Positions 17,372 to 35,734 of a DNA stretch of 64,000 bases are shown here, one piece after another (the first letter of the stretch is position 1; every line of letters begins with the position of its first letter). Below the pieces are notes generated by a model. The model ran no database searches. It worked only from the letters and a program-made list of their open reading frames with translations, and had not been told where the DNA came from. The DNA lies in NCBI RefSeq assembly GCF_009914755.1, contig NC_060933.1; one strand, given 5' to 3'. This stretch comes from the human T2T-CHM13v2.0 reference genome, Homo sapiens. The position numbers and the translations under genes are program-made.

Positions 17372-18042
17372 TGTCTTAGTCTGTTCAGGCTGTTATTAAC
17401 AGAATATTATAGACTGGGTGGTTTATAAACAACAGAAATGTATTTACTTATTTACATTTTATTTTTTGAGACAGAGTGTCATTCTGTCACTCAGGCTGGA
17501 ATGCAGTGGCGCGATCTCGGCTTGCTGCAACCTCTGCTTCCCGGGTTCAAGCAATTCTCGTGACTCAGCCTCCTGAGTAGCTGGGATTACAGGCACCCAC
17601 TACCACTCCCAGCTAACTTTTTTTTTTTTTTTTCTAGTAGACATGGGGTTTCACCATGTTGGCCAGGCTGGTCTCGAGCTCCTGACCTCAGGCCATCTGC
17701 CCACCTTGGCCTCCCAAAGTGCTGAGATTACAGATGTGAGCCACTGCACCCAGCCAACAACAGAGATTTATTTCTCACAGTTCTGGAGGCTGGAAGACCT
17801 TGATCAAGATGTCTGGTAAGGGCCAGCTTCTTCATAGACACCTGTCTTCTCACAGTAACCTCCCAGGCAGAAGAGGGAAACAAACTCACTGAGTCTCTTT
17901 TATGAGGACACTAATCCCATTCATGGAGGCTCTGCTCTTACCATCTAATCACCTCCCGAAGGCCCACGTCCTAATACCATCACCTTGGAGGTTAAGATTT
18001 CAATATATGAATTTTGGGGGGACACAAACTCAGACCATAGCA
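17372..18042 (-). mobile_element. MST/MLT1A-type MaLR LTR interrupted by minus Alu 17461-17755
   Basis: tgtcttagtctgttcaggctg...ctcacagttctggaggctggaag...tcagaccatagca. Confidence 0.75.
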
Positions 18043-18049
18043 CCTTTGT

Positions 18050-19192
<1,143 letters not shown>

Positions 19193-19954
19193 CTGTCTCT
19201 TTCAATTTATAGATTCTTCCTCCACCCCTTTCATTTCCTTAGAATGTATCTGTTGAAAAACCCAGGCCATTTGCTACAGTTTCCTGCAGTCTGGATTTTG
19301 CTGATTTTATACTCCTGTTGCAGTTCAACATATTTCTCTATCCTTGGTATTTCCTGCAAATTGGTACCTAAGTTCAGAGAATGGTTCAAACTCACGTTTG
19401 GTTCCTTTGGCAAGATTACTGAGGGTATTTGGCATGACTATAGGAGACACATTATGATTTGTTGTCTCTTTGTGATCTTAGGAGTGGGTGAAGCTCAATG
19501 CCTATCTATTCATTCAGAGGAGTTGCAAACTGGTTATATTCTATCTTTTTCCCATTTAGAGTTGGAATACTTTTATTAAGAGGAATTTTTCCCCATCTAC
19601 TATTTGGATGCCCAAATAATATTTGCTTTTTATTTAAAGTTTAATAAGTTTAATGGAATGTTTTAATATTGGTCACTCAGGGTGTATATTCTCTTGGTAT
19701 ACTTTCAATTGTAGTTTCAACATTTTTAAATTTCTGAAATGTTTTCTTGAATTATATCTTTTGGCATTTGTTCTGTTCCTCCCTTACTTGATTTTCTTCT
19801 TTAGGAACTCCTATTACCTGTATGTTTGATCTTTGCTGCTTTCAATATTTGTCAATTTCCCTCAAATCTTGTTTATCTCTTCATTTCCTTTTTATTTAAA
19901 CATATCTTTCTTTTTCACTGTCTTTTATCTCTTAAATCATTATCTGTTTATCTG

Positions 19955-20387
<433 letters not shown>

Positions 20388-21024
20388 TGATCTTGATACT
20401 TTTATATTATTTTTATGTAAAATTTGTTTTCCTGACTTTTTGGAATGAGTGTATGTTCAGGCAAGCTTTTCAACCTTCTCAGAGCAGTCCCTCTTCTCTT
20501 ATGTATGGATTCAAACATATTGCAAGTTGCTTTCTGGCATTTCCTGCCTCTGTCTTTATCCTTTCTTGAGTCTGGGCCATCTCTTACTTTCCTCTCTTGT
20601 CCCTGTCCTGCTCCCAGGAGTTTTAGCCCCAGGAGTTTTCCCTGGTGTGGGGCCTTGTCCTAAAAGAGAGCCGATCAGCCTCAACTGTTTATAAGGGCTA
20701 CAGTGCTCCAGCCCTTTCAGGCGTTCTTGCCTTAGGTCCTTGTTCTCATCCACTGTTGGAGAGCCTCTCCCAGCTTCAGCTGACATTTTAGGATTGGCAG
20801 CCCAACTCTCCATTGATCACCTGTTGCCTATTTTGGATTCTCCTGTTCTCAGGCCTCTCATATACTATCTCTTTTCCTTCCTTCATTTTCCTCCTACAAA
20901 AATGTTCTTGTGGCAATAGGTATTTCGCCTCAACTACTGTATTCTGGGGCTCATGAAGTTACCTTGTACCTAGCTTTGTTGAAAGTACTGTCTGGGCCCT
21001 TGGTTTTGCTATTCAGTTGCTGGG

Positions 21025-21329
<305 letters not shown>

Positions 21330-21899
21330 TAGTTGCTGTTCTTTGTGTGGATTTGAAGAGATTAAAAACCAGGCTGGCACCACCACCAACCTGCTCATTT
21401 TGTGTTTTCAGTTGTTTAATGATTTTTGCCTTCAAGTTCTAGCAGTGTCTTCTGTGTTCCTATATTTAATAAAGACCCGATGAGTGATACAGTTCCACCA
21501 ACCATGCATCTAGGTTAGCAACCTAGAGCCAGCAAACAAAGAGTATCAGTTTATAGAAAGTCTGTATCTAGAATCCTTCTACTAGCTTACAAATCTCTTG
21601 GAGAGTTACTTCCTCTATGGAACCTTGGTTATCACCCTTAAGTAGAACTTCTTCCTTCTTGGTGCTTCCTTCATGACACCTCTTGGGTTTTGTGTGTGTA
21701 CTATCCTAGGGAACCTGAGCTCCCAGAAACAGTGACCATACACGATTAATCTACATATCCCCAGGCTCCAGCACGATGCCTGATACAGAGTAGAAACCTC
21801 ATACGTGTTTCCTGAAAGAGGGAGTTTGAGCTAAAAGATGCCTGCAGCTGTATTATATAACTAAAAAAAAATTAATTATTCTTAAAAAAACTCATGCTC

Positions 21900-23710
<1,811 letters not shown>

Positions 23711-23790
23711 CCTACTGATGTCTTAGCATGACATGCCCTATGATAACTGGAAATAAAGTAGAAGGCAAGTACAGTATTAGAACACATTTA

Positions 23791-24053
23791 GGCTGGGTGC
23801 GGTGGCTCACTCCTGTAATCCCAGCACTTTGTGAGGCTGAGGTGGGCGGATCACCTGAGGTCAGGAGTTTGAGACCACCCTGGCCAACATGGTGAAACCC
23901 CATCTCTACTAAAAATAACAATTAGCTGGGCATGGTGGTGTGCGCCTGTAATCCCAGCTACCTAGGAGGCTGAGGCAGAATTGCTTGAACCTGGGAGGCA
24001 GAGGTCACGCCACTGCACTCCAGCCTGGGCGACAAGAACAAAACTCAGTCTCA
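23791..24053 (+). mobile_element. AluS lacking a poly(A) tail
   Basis: Consensus ends at gtctca with no A-tract; internal deletions. Confidence 0.85.
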
Positions 24054-24139
24054 GAATGTGCAGTAACCTTAAGTGCAAGAAAGTCCTTGGTATAATTAAA
24101 CGTCTTCTACAGCAACGGAATCTGGCTCTCATTACTAGC

Positions 24140-24170
24140 TGCAACTCCCAAATTTTCCACTAGGTGGCAG
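24140..24170 (+). promoter_or_regulatory. CTCF binding motif with upstream module
   Basis: Core CCACTAGGTGGCAG (24157-24170) matches the CCASYAGRKGGCRS consensus; TGCAACTCC at 24140-24148 lies at typical upstream-motif spacing. Confidence 0.7.
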
Positions 24171-24186
24171 AACAGGCTAGATAATA

Positions 24187-24355
24187 GCCGGGGGTTCTCA
24201 ACCTTAGTGGGCATCACAAACACCTGTGGGTCTTCAGCCCCAAAGTTTGATTCATTAGGTCTGGGTGTGGCCTGATAATTAGCATTCCTAACAAGCTTCC
24301 AGGTGATGCTGATGTTTCCAGGTGATGCTGGAAGGAAAGTACATTTTGTGAACAC
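24187..24355. mobile_element. MER5-type hAT DNA transposon relic
   Basis: ggttctcaacctt...taggtctgggtgtggcctga...taacaagcttccaggtgatgctgatg. Confidence 0.55.
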
Positions 24356-25172
24356 TGGATTACAGAAAATCAATGTAGACCAACCCAAGGCCCATTCACC
24401 CATCCATCCATCCATCCATCCTTCCTCCAGTTTACTTTGTAGTTCTAGGTGATGTGAGCACAGAGAAGAATGAGACATGGTTTGTTCTCAAGACATAGTC
24501 GGGTGAGGGAGAAAAGGAAAATGAAAAAAATAACTCTTAGTCTATTATTTCCACCTCTCCATTTCTTCCAATATACAGACTTCCTAAGTGTTGTTTTTCT
24601 CTTCTTCTGTCAAATAGAGTTTAAGCCTTGTGCCCTTAAAGCCTGAAAGATCAACTAGCCCAAGAGCTGCCTTACATGGCTAAACCTGCTGAACTAAGAA
24701 ACTCAGGAATGTTTGCTATCCTATAAAAAGTTTCAGATAGAAAATCTCCTCTCTGAACTTAGAAGCTGGAGATATAAAAGCACACCTGACACCCTCGAGT
24801 CTGCATTGAGTAAAAATAAAACACAGGATTACTATGTTCTTAGAATCTGTGCTTGGCTGCTTTCCAAAATGAATTCCTCATTTTAAACTTCAATATATAT
24901 TATGGTTAATTTGGGGAAAAAACATTTTGACTCATGACTGTCCATATTTTCCTTTAAATAGTATTGTTGACTAGCTCTAATCTTTGGTACTGGGTCTTAC
25001 TAGATCTACTTTTTGCATAATTTGTGATGTACCATATAAACCAGTAATATGTAAACAGATTGTGTATAGGTTTACTTGACACAAATCCTTTTTATGTAAT
25101 GAAAGAACACTTCAACGCATGTCTTGGGTTGAACTATTATTTCTAAATCAGTGATAATTAGATTAGTGAAAT

Positions 25173-25178
25173 TTTATT
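25173..25178 (-). terminator. Distal poly(A) signal AATAAA
   Basis: AATAAA on minus in an AT-rich context with GU-rich sequence downstream. Confidence 0.5.
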
Positions 25179-27368
25179 TATAGCCATAATTCATCTCGAC
25201 CAATGATTTCACAAGTATTTGAAAGTGTAATGGGTAAAAGATGCAGACAGAATTCAAGAGATACAAATAAGCACACATAAAAATATGTCATTTTCTCTCT
25301 AGTCCCCTCCCCCATAAAAATATGTTGTCATGTGTTAAAGAAATGTCAGTTAAAGCAACCTTGAGATACTTCCTTTATATCTATTAAATTGGCAAACATG
25401 TTTAGAAATGTTCTTTCTTGACTCGGGCAGTGGTTAGACAAGTGTTCACTTCATAACTATTCGACAAAACTGTGTGTTGTATGCACTCTTCTGTACCTGT
25501 AACAGAAAATACTAAGAAAAAATTCCACTGCTTTTGCGAGTAAGTCTTCTACTGGAACTTGTTCTAAGGAAATATGCACAAAGAAGTTCTCTGTAGTATC
25601 TTCTAAAAAGCAGAACTGGAAACTACCTAATTATCTACCAAAACAGAAATGGTTTAGCAAATTACAGTAATGAAGGAAAATTACAAAATATTATGGTAGT
25701 TGTAAAAACCTAAAGCACATTTTTGAGAATGTATTACAAAACAATGATTTGCAGTACATAAATCCATACACATGTGCATAAGGATTAGAAGAGAGTATTA
25801 AAAATCGTAATGATAAAGGAGCTCTGGGTAATTTTCTCCATAAGTTTTTATTACTGTTAGATTATCTTTACCACAGAGAGCACAGAACATGTGGTTAAAA
25901 TGCAAAGGACAGGAACATCCCACTGGCAGGGACTACTCATGTCTAATCACAGTGTGATCATTAAATATTCTCTCCAAATGTACTCAGAACACTTCAGATG
26001 TTTACAGGATATGGCAGAAGAGGGACGTCTAAGAGAGGAAAAGCTGTGTGGAATTGATCTTTCATTTGCTTCTGATCTTTTATTTTCAATTTTAGATGCT
26101 CTGGAAGTTATTTTTCTTCCAAGTTTAGATAGCTCTTAAGACAATCCATGGAATTCATTAAAATCTCAATGAATTCCTACTCTCAATCTTACAATGTTGC
26201 TGGGGAAACCAGGTATTCACTTGTATTTTGGAAAAAACTGAGAATCAAGGATGAAAGTTAATAGTTGTCTACTGCAAAAGGTACAACAGTATTTATTGCT
26301 AAATGAACTGCACCACTAACCTTACACAAAAATGCTCAGTGAGGCTGGAGTGGGGTATGGTGGTCAGCAGAGGCTTTAAAGATAGTGGGAGATCAATGGG
26401 ATTAAAGCCTGGCCCTAGGACTGGTGGAAAGGAACATCAAGAACTTTCCACGAGGATGGGAGATTAACACCCAAAGCGCAAGGGTGGAAATAAATAGAGG
26501 AGCAAGAACTGTTTGCTCGAAGAAATTAGCTAGGGCTCCATGATGTTAAGGAATCCAGATGTGCCCTGATGGTAACGGAGAGTTACCAAGATTGAACAAG
26601 AGCAAGTAAGTGCTCAAAGAAGTGGTTGGGGAGACTCCCTGGAAGCAAAGCATAAGACAGGTTGAACAGTGCACACAAGTGGTGAAGGCAGAAGGCAGCA
26701 GTCGGGATTTGAAGAGACTTGAAATACAGAAAGAACAGACAAACATGAAAACATGGAAAAAATCCAGGTGTGTGGGGGCTGAAAATCAGGGCTTCAGCCT
26801 CACCACTTACTATAACTCCTCTAGGCAATGAATCACTTTACCAAGCCACAGCTTTCTCATCTGTAAAACAGGAATGACAATCTGCCCTTAATGATGCTGT
26901 CAGGGGATCAAAGGTGCAGGGCCGTGGTACTCAAATGACAAGAAGCCCCGTAAGTTTAAGTTAGTAAGAAAGAACTCATGCAAAGATGTGCTGGATAGAC
27001 ACATCCTTGGGCAAAAGAGAGGAAGACTATTCCAAGGTCTGGAAGCAAAATGGGACTTTTACCCACCCCATCCCTTCATTTGCAACTATTCATGAAATTC
27101 ACCAAAATTATTTCCTTGTGTTTTACCTTTATTGTTTTGCTTTTTGGATCACCTTCAGAAATGGTTATATTGTTGAGTTTACCTTCTAGAAGATGCAGAA
27201 ACAGTAAAAAAACAGAGCCACCTCAGATCACTCAAGGGGTTGTTCTATTTTCAAAAACACACTGACTTTTGAAAAGTCCCTGCATTGGTTGGATAAAATG
27301 TCTGAAGTGGTTGGGGGGAAAGCAAGACAAAGTCTTAACTACAGAATATATTTTTAAGGAAATGCAGC

Positions 27369-27374
27369 TTTATT
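27369..27374 (-). terminator. Middle poly(A) signal AATAAA
   Basis: Minus strand reads tttGTActtgaaagtAATAAAgctgcatttcc, with UGUA elements upstream. Confidence 0.55.
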
Positions 27375-28500
27375 ACTTTCAAGTACAAACAATAACTTGG
27401 GCTTGGCTAACCAAATTTGCCTAATTGAGGGAATCTGCTTTAATGTACAGATATAAATGATTTATAGTTAACACAATCACTCACGGGTAAAAAGAGTGCT
27501 TCTATGATGCAAGAAAATAACTTCTCATCTTAGAGACATCTTGTTCCACAATCACCCCACTATTTGCTTAAGCAACCTCTTCTTCCCCCTACCCCACACA
27601 GTTCAAATATAAACTTTATCTCATGCCCTCTAAATCACAACATACATCAAATTCGTGAAATATGAGTTGATTACTTTTTCCACATTGCTATAGATGTTGG
27701 ATTGCTGACAGAACTATCTCTTCAACCTGAGCATTCTCATCAAGTATACTAAGTCTAAATCAGTGAAATATGCCTGTTCACAATCTGAGTACAAAGACAC
27801 CAAAACATGAGCTTTTATCATCTGAATTACTAATTTTCCAGGGTTGAATATTAAAAACACATATTTACTTGGGCACATTTATGAAGAGTAGAAGTAGCTG
27901 AATTCTTTAGGCTGCAATAATTAAGTGGGTTTACACTGGTCAGGATTGAATTACTAAATTTAAACAACTGAACTGTTCCAGGAAAGACAAGAAACACTGA
28001 AACATCCTAACAGCAAAACAGCTTTTTGCACTGAGCGTGACCATTCAGTCTGATTAGGCTGATGGGAATGGTGCAAAGACTACTCAGTAATCCATTTGAG
28101 GATTTATTCTGAAAAAAGTTTACTTTCCTAGAGCAGGCATGGGGAACCTTTGATCAGAAACACTGCCAAAGATGGCTAATGGGCATTGTGTCAAAAAAGT
28201 GAATCTGTTCTTTTCATCAGACATTCTGAGGACAGCATAATTCTCAAGTGTCTTGGTTGTCTAAACCAAGCGAAAGCACCAGCGTAACCAGGTAGGAGGG
28301 CTGTGTCAAGAAGACGGACCTAAAGGGCTTCTCCCCTATCCTGACAACTGTGTCCACAGGCAAAGGTGACAGTATGCCCTGCCCGGACTGCATCATGAGT
28401 AGCAATCTGATTCTGCTCGCTTCCCAACAGAGAAAGGCAAGTGGCTTCATACACCAAGGCCCAGAGGAAGAGGCACAGAAAGCTATAAAAGTGATGCTGG

Positions 28501-28871
<371 letters not shown>

Positions 28872-30209
28872 TCAAGTTGCCAGCTGGGTTTGGTCAAAGA
28901 AATGTGTAAAGCCAGGATCCACTATCCTTAGCTGATTCTGTTAGATCAAAATGCCTAATACAAACAATTTCCTCATGTCTAAAATACTGTTTCCGAAAGT
29001 TATTTCTTTTGTTTTACAAATAGAGAGCAGTAATCATTTTCCTATGAATACTAGAATGATTATATAATCCTCATTCAAACCTCACACCAAGTGTTTTCAA
29101 CAGCCAGAACAGAGCAATTTTTAAACTACGAAAAATGAAGTGCAAACCTTACAATTTCATAGCAATGTTCCCCACGTTTCACTCATGAACAGCTATCCAA
29201 TTGCATGCACCTTCCTGCAGAACTTCTTCCAAGTCCAGTCCTTCCACTGGAGGGGCTTTCTTCCTATTTCTCCAATAGGTCTAAAATGTCAGGTTACAGT
29301 CAGATTTGGCAATGTGTATTACTTCAAATGATTGAGCTGGAGGAAACTACATTCCTTTGGAATGATGACAGAATCTATCAGAAACTTCACACATCCACTC
29401 AGCTCTCCTGGATCCCTGTCCACACCATGAAGCCTGAAGTTGTTATGATGGCCTTTATGAACCTGAAAGAAGCCGCTGGCTTCCACCACACCACAGTGTC
29501 ACCCAAGAAATCCAATCCTTGTAAGAAAGGATAGGGCTTATCTTCTCATGACTTAGAATTTTTCAGAAATGAGAATATTCACAAAAGAGGGAAAGGCAAT
29601 TCCCTTACCTATGCGCTAAGGAAGCCAAAGTCAGTGTGTGCAAGAGCTAGCTCTCAAAGGCAATGAAAGGAGAGTAAAGAATAGTTTTAGTTATCCCCTA
29701 TCCACTTCTCATTCTGACTCCCCACTTTGCTTTCTTTTGCAAAAAGGATGAGCTAGTTTTCCATTTTTATAAAAACTGGCGATAGTATGAATAAACCCAG
29801 CATCTATAAAGTAGTTGAATAAAATCTCAGGCCAAATAAAGGCCTCCATAAGGAAGAACTGACATTAGGACTCCAATTACTGCCTGAAGTTCTGCTGTCA
29901 AAATCCAGCTGCATGATGATGCCACTGTACTCCAGCCTGTATGACAGAGCAAGACTGCCTAGGAAAAAAAAAAAATTCCAGCGGCACCAAGTACCACCTT
30001 GATGACTTCTGTATTCACCACTAAAAACTGAAATAGAACATACTATATACAGCTTCAAGTTTGTCACTTTTTAATAAAACTTTTCCCACAAATGATTATA
30101 ATTACTTGCCCTTTGAAGCTATTGGATAGATCTGAAAGTGAGGTAGGGTGGGGATGGTCATTAGATCAGTAATAGTTATCTGTTCAGGCTCGATAAAAAG
30201 TAAAAACTC

Positions 30210-30512
30210 GGCCAGGCGTGGTGGCTCACGCCTGTAATCCCAGCACTTTGGGAGGCCAAGGCAGGTGGATGACCTGAGGTCAGGAGTTCAAGACCAGCCT
30301 GGCCAACATGGTGGAACCCTGTCTCTACTAAAAATATAAAAATTAGTTGGGTGTCATGGCAGATGCTTGTAATCCCAGCTACTTAGGAGGCTGAGGCAGG
30401 AGAATCACTTGAACCCAGGAGGCGGAGGTTGCAGTGAGCCAAGATCGTGCCATTGCACTCCAGCCTGCGCAGTAAGAGCGAAACTCTGTCTCAAAAAAAA
30501 AAAAAAAATAAT
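30210..30512 (+). mobile_element. AluS in the FBXW2 3'UTR (antisense to the mRNA)
   Basis: Consensus; TSD aaagtaaaa. Confidence 0.88.
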
Positions 30513-31177
30513 AAAGTAAAAAGTCATTTACCATCATCATTGCCCAAAGTCTCCTGGGGCTTCTGCAAAATAGATTCAGTTGTGATTCCGGTTCTATTTC
30601 TAGAGTACTAAGCAGAGCTGATGCACAGAACTCAATGTGAGATAGATTAAACCCAGATTTTGTGGGATGGGGGAAGATATTGTTCTTTTGCTTAAACCCC
30701 ACAGAGTTTCAACATGGATATTAATGATATCTGTCCTTGAAATTCACCATTAATTTCTATCAACTTCACAGCACTCAGAGGTCCAGAGTCTGGCTCTATG
30801 CTAATGCAGATTCTGCAAGAGATAGGTCCCCACTCTAGAGTTCACATCATTCTCAGCTCTGCCAGCAACCCTTTTTCTCACCTGTAAAATGGATATGCTT
30901 TATACTGGAGTCAGCAAGAAGGAATAACTCATGTTCCCAGACATAAGCTGTCACTGAGGTTCCAATTCTTATGTTCATCTTCAAACTACCTTCCTATTGG
31001 TCTGTGAATGAAATACATCCCTCCCCACCACCCTTGTAATACAAGGGGAGACAGCTGAAGAGCGGCTGAGATTTTTCTACTGCTTGCTCCCTCTACTCTC
31101 TCCCTGATTGTGACCACTAACATTTCCACTGCTGAATCACAAAATTACCTAACTTTAGAGAGGGAGGAGGACACAAT

Positions 31178-31468
31178 CTGGCAACCCAGGGACATGTTTT
31201 GTTTGGCTCACCTTATTTCAAATTTTCTTTAATCAGTTGTAACGTTTTAAAAATCCAGGATTTCAAATAAAAATCTGGATTTCTAGCTCCTCCTGAAACA
31301 ATGTGAAGACCTGCCAACCCTGGGCTTGCTTCTCCTAATGACAAAACAGAGCTGAATAACTGCCCTATTAGATCAACTTTCCAGGGGACAGCACAATCCT
31401 CCCCAGAATGTTTTACTCATTTATGTTACCTGCACGGCTCCCTTAGGCATTTGGGTTTGTGAGCCCTC
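31178..31468. mobile_element. hAT-Charlie relic (MER102-like)
   Basis: Internal aaatccaggatttc/aaatctggatttc and terminal taggcatttgggtttgtgagccct. Confidence 0.45.
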
Positions 31469-32336
31469 ATCTAGGACAATTCCCTCACTTAAAAGATGAA
31501 GAAAATGATGGTCTTAGAAGAGAAAGTTAACTTGCCTGAGGCTGCAGATTAAGTTAGAGGCAAAGGAGGAAGTTAGGTTGGGTTCAGGTATCCTTCTAGT
31601 ATAGCATACTGTGTCCCTATTTAAACCATGGCTTCTATCAGCATTTCTTCAACCAATTACTTAAACTGTCTAAGTGGAATCAGCTATATTTTCTACATTT
31701 CCCTTTTATTCATCCTTTTCATATAATTGATGTTCTTATAGAAAACTCTGTAACAGTCATTTCATTTAAATATTATCCGACCTGAAAGAAACCATGAATC
31801 AGGGATCAGACAAAAATACATGATCAACTTTTACACATTTCAGTAGGTGAAGGACCAGAAAGAATCTTAGAAATCACTGAGCTTCATACCTGGCTGTACA
31901 GACAAGGAAGCTGGGACCCAGAGAGGGTGCAGAGTTCCAGGGTAAGAGGCCCGGTCTCTAACCTTCCAGCTCACTGCTCTTTTCTGCTATACCAGGGCAC
32001 CGCTGTGCAGTCATCCAGGCTGCCGGGGACTAGCTTCCCCGACATGGCAACAAAAACTACAGAACTCGCTCACATCTTAAACATGGCCAACCTTGACTCT
32101 GCCAAGATATAAGGTTTAGAATGAGTTGCTAACATTCAATTTACAGAATTGGATTTGAACTGGAAGACAGACTTTCCTTAGCACTGGTATTTGGTGGAAG
32201 TTTATAAACTGGTATTTGGTGGAAGTTTTAACACTGGCTCTTATAAGAGCTAAACCCCGTGTGAGGAAAGTTGCTGTAACAACATCATAGCACCTTTGCT
32301 TCAACTTCAAAAGAAAAAAAGGCTATGGTAAAAAGC

Positions 32337-32342
32337 TTTAAT
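32337..32342 (-). terminator. Proximal poly(A) signal ATTAAA
   Basis: ATTAAA on minus followed by a U-rich tract (cctttttttcttttg), about 370 nt after the stop. Confidence 0.55.
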
Positions 32343-32710
32343 AACAGACAATGTGATTTCATAGGCAACCAATTAGCAGATTAATGGATCATTTAACTTT
32401 CTTTACTTAAAACCAATACTCCACTCAAGAAAGATGAACCCAAAATGCATCCTCTAACACTGACCAACATAACTAAGTACAAATGAAGTCAATGGTGTAC
32501 CCCATTAGCATGCTGCGTTGTATGTCAATAAAACAAGCCCTCCCCCACCCCGAGCCCTGGCCCCTGGCAAAACATAGATAAATGATTGTGCACTGCGTGA
32601 TGATACCATTAGGTGAGAACTTTGGTTCATGCAGTCGGCTGCCGCAGAGGTTGCACCCAAAACCCGCAGCCCCGGCACCCAAAGTCAGTCAGCGGTGGTG
32701 GCTCATGGTG

Positions 32711-32999
32711 TCAGCCGTGCTCCTTCCACAACACCAGGTGAATACTGTGGTCAGGCATGCTGGTGGCAAAGACCAAGCCCGTGTCATTGTGCCCATCCAG
32801 TCCATTCAGCCAGGATGCTTCGCCTGCCAGGAAGCTTGAGCCTCTCTTTGATTTCCTGTACTCTGGCAGAGGCCAGCGACTAATCAGGCTCTCTGTCCGC
32901 AAGTCCATGATGTACAGGTAGCGGTTGTCAAACAGCAGGGCAAAGATATCTCCAAAGCCAAGCAAGGCCAAGTTTGCTATCTCAGGAGTCTTGATGACC
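32711..32999 (-). CDS. FBXW2: FBXW2 last coding exon (289 coding nt to TGA)
   Basis: Acceptor tccttgtAG; AG|G GTC ATC AAG (RVIK...) to LWKEHG*; exon lengths sum to 1365 nt = 454 aa + stop. Confidence 0.96.
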
Positions 33000-33241
33000 C
33001 TACAAGGATGAGAGTTAGGGACTGTGAAAGAAGGCAACCTTGCTTCTGTTTATGCTACTGTAATCTTTTCTGGAGATATTTAAAACCAATATTAAATTCA
33101 AGCAAATTTAGAGTTAAATGTTTTTGATAAAAAGTAAAATATAAGGAGAAAAGCTCAGCCCACTTATAAAAAAGCCGGGAGCGGGAGAGGTGCGTTCAGT
33201 CATTATATAATATTGGCATGGAAGGGAAAGGTGGTGTTTGA

Positions 33242-33559
<318 letters not shown>

Positions 33560-34467
33560 TAAAAGTACAAAACATCTATCCAGGCTAGAAAGGATCTTAC
33601 AGATAACATTTAACTAAACAATCTATTTTTAAGCTGTGAAAACCAAAGCTCAGGCAGAGTAAATGCTTTGGCTAAGGATTCACAATTTGTCAGTTACCAG
33701 TGAGAACTAGAAGGCAAGAGTTAACTCTTACCACTAGGTAAAAAGATGTATTCATCAACTCCTAGAATACTGGAACACCCTGAAGCCCAGAAGAAACCTG
33801 AAAGCCAAGTGACTAAAGTGCTACTCTACTCAGCAGGCAGCAAACAAATGGGTTTCTCTCTAAAAACAGTAAAGGCTGAAAATATTTAAAGTTTCCCAAA
33901 TAACTTAGAAACATTTATTAATAATAGATTCATAAAAAGTTATTATGAAAAAAACTAGGGAAGAAACAACTAGGGGAAGCAGAGAAAAGTAGGGAGTTGG
34001 GAGGACAGCCCTAACTTTCTCAGAGGCAGTTTCCAAGACATCAATGACAAAGGCTAGGAGACACCTAGCTAAACAGCAGCACAAAGGAAAACAAAAAACA
34101 ACTTAGCTTCTGTTGTCTGCGCCCTTAGTGAAGCAAAAGATTAACAAGAAAAGCTGATGTCCTCTTTGGAGGAACTAAGAGCTGAGCTACCAGACAAGCA
34201 GTAGACAAATACTGCTCTGTGACATATGGTGGGGCTCCTGTGGGAGGAGAGTTTAGCCTAGGTTTTAAGGACACCACCAAACTAGTATAGGTTCAAGAGA
34301 GCAACCAGAATGGGAGGACCTGGAGACCAGGACAAGGAAGAACAGCTGAAGGCTATCAGCTGAGATGGGGAAGGAAAGAGTTGGCAGGCATAGGGTAACT
34401 GTATATGAGGATCACTTCTGAATAGTGAAAGATGTGTAAGAGACAGCCCAGACATTATAAGCTTTAG

Positions 34468-34941
<474 letters not shown>

Positions 34942-35734
34942 TAGAGGTATTCTCTCCACTATATCAGTAAACAAGACTAAAACATCTTGCCATGAGTCAT
35001 ACAGCTAACATAATGCAGGCCTAGCAAATGTTTTCTGAGTATCATAGGTGCTGAGTGCTGGCTGGGCCCCTGAAGAGAGATAAGCAAGATAGTCTTTGCC
35101 CCTTAGAAGGGGAGGGCATAGCATATAACTGCCAGAGTATGTGAGAACATGCTCAGCACAAACACTCCAATGGATATAACAGGAGTATCAAGGAGTGAGC
35201 AAATCTTTCTGTCTTTTATAGCTGGACCTGGAAGAATATTTTTTCTCTTTCTTGAAGAAGAAATGCAACTGGGCAATATAGATAGAATACGGAAAGCCTG
35301 TCTAAATTTTACAAATTCTCTCTCATGGGCATGTGTTTCTCTTATAATTAATATCTGAAAAAAAAATCTATGATACTAAGAATATCAACAAGACATCACT
35401 TCTATGAAACTAAGAAAATAGTTAACAGGTGCTGGCCCCTGCTTGAAAAGCAGAGAGTAAGCTCACCTTCCCAGACTGAAAATGGAAGAAACTTCTGCTA
35501 AAAGAGGTAGACATTTAGATTAGATGACATGTTTGAGAACATCCAAAATCAATCACTGAACACTCCCTATGGTGTCAGCCTTTATAAACAGGTTTACAAG
35601 ATGGAGTCTGATCCCAGGGAAAGCAGTAAGTTCAGATTAACTTCAAGTAAAGGGGAATCAGAGGTCCCAATATGTGTGTTCCAAATGAGTTATAACTGAT
35701 AACTCATCCATCATTTTCTACTTAGATGACTCAT

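Noticed and set aside
32582-32883. Plus-strand ORFs antisense to the last FBXW2 exon
   Set aside because: Typical shadow ORFs of a coding exon; no promoter or splice support
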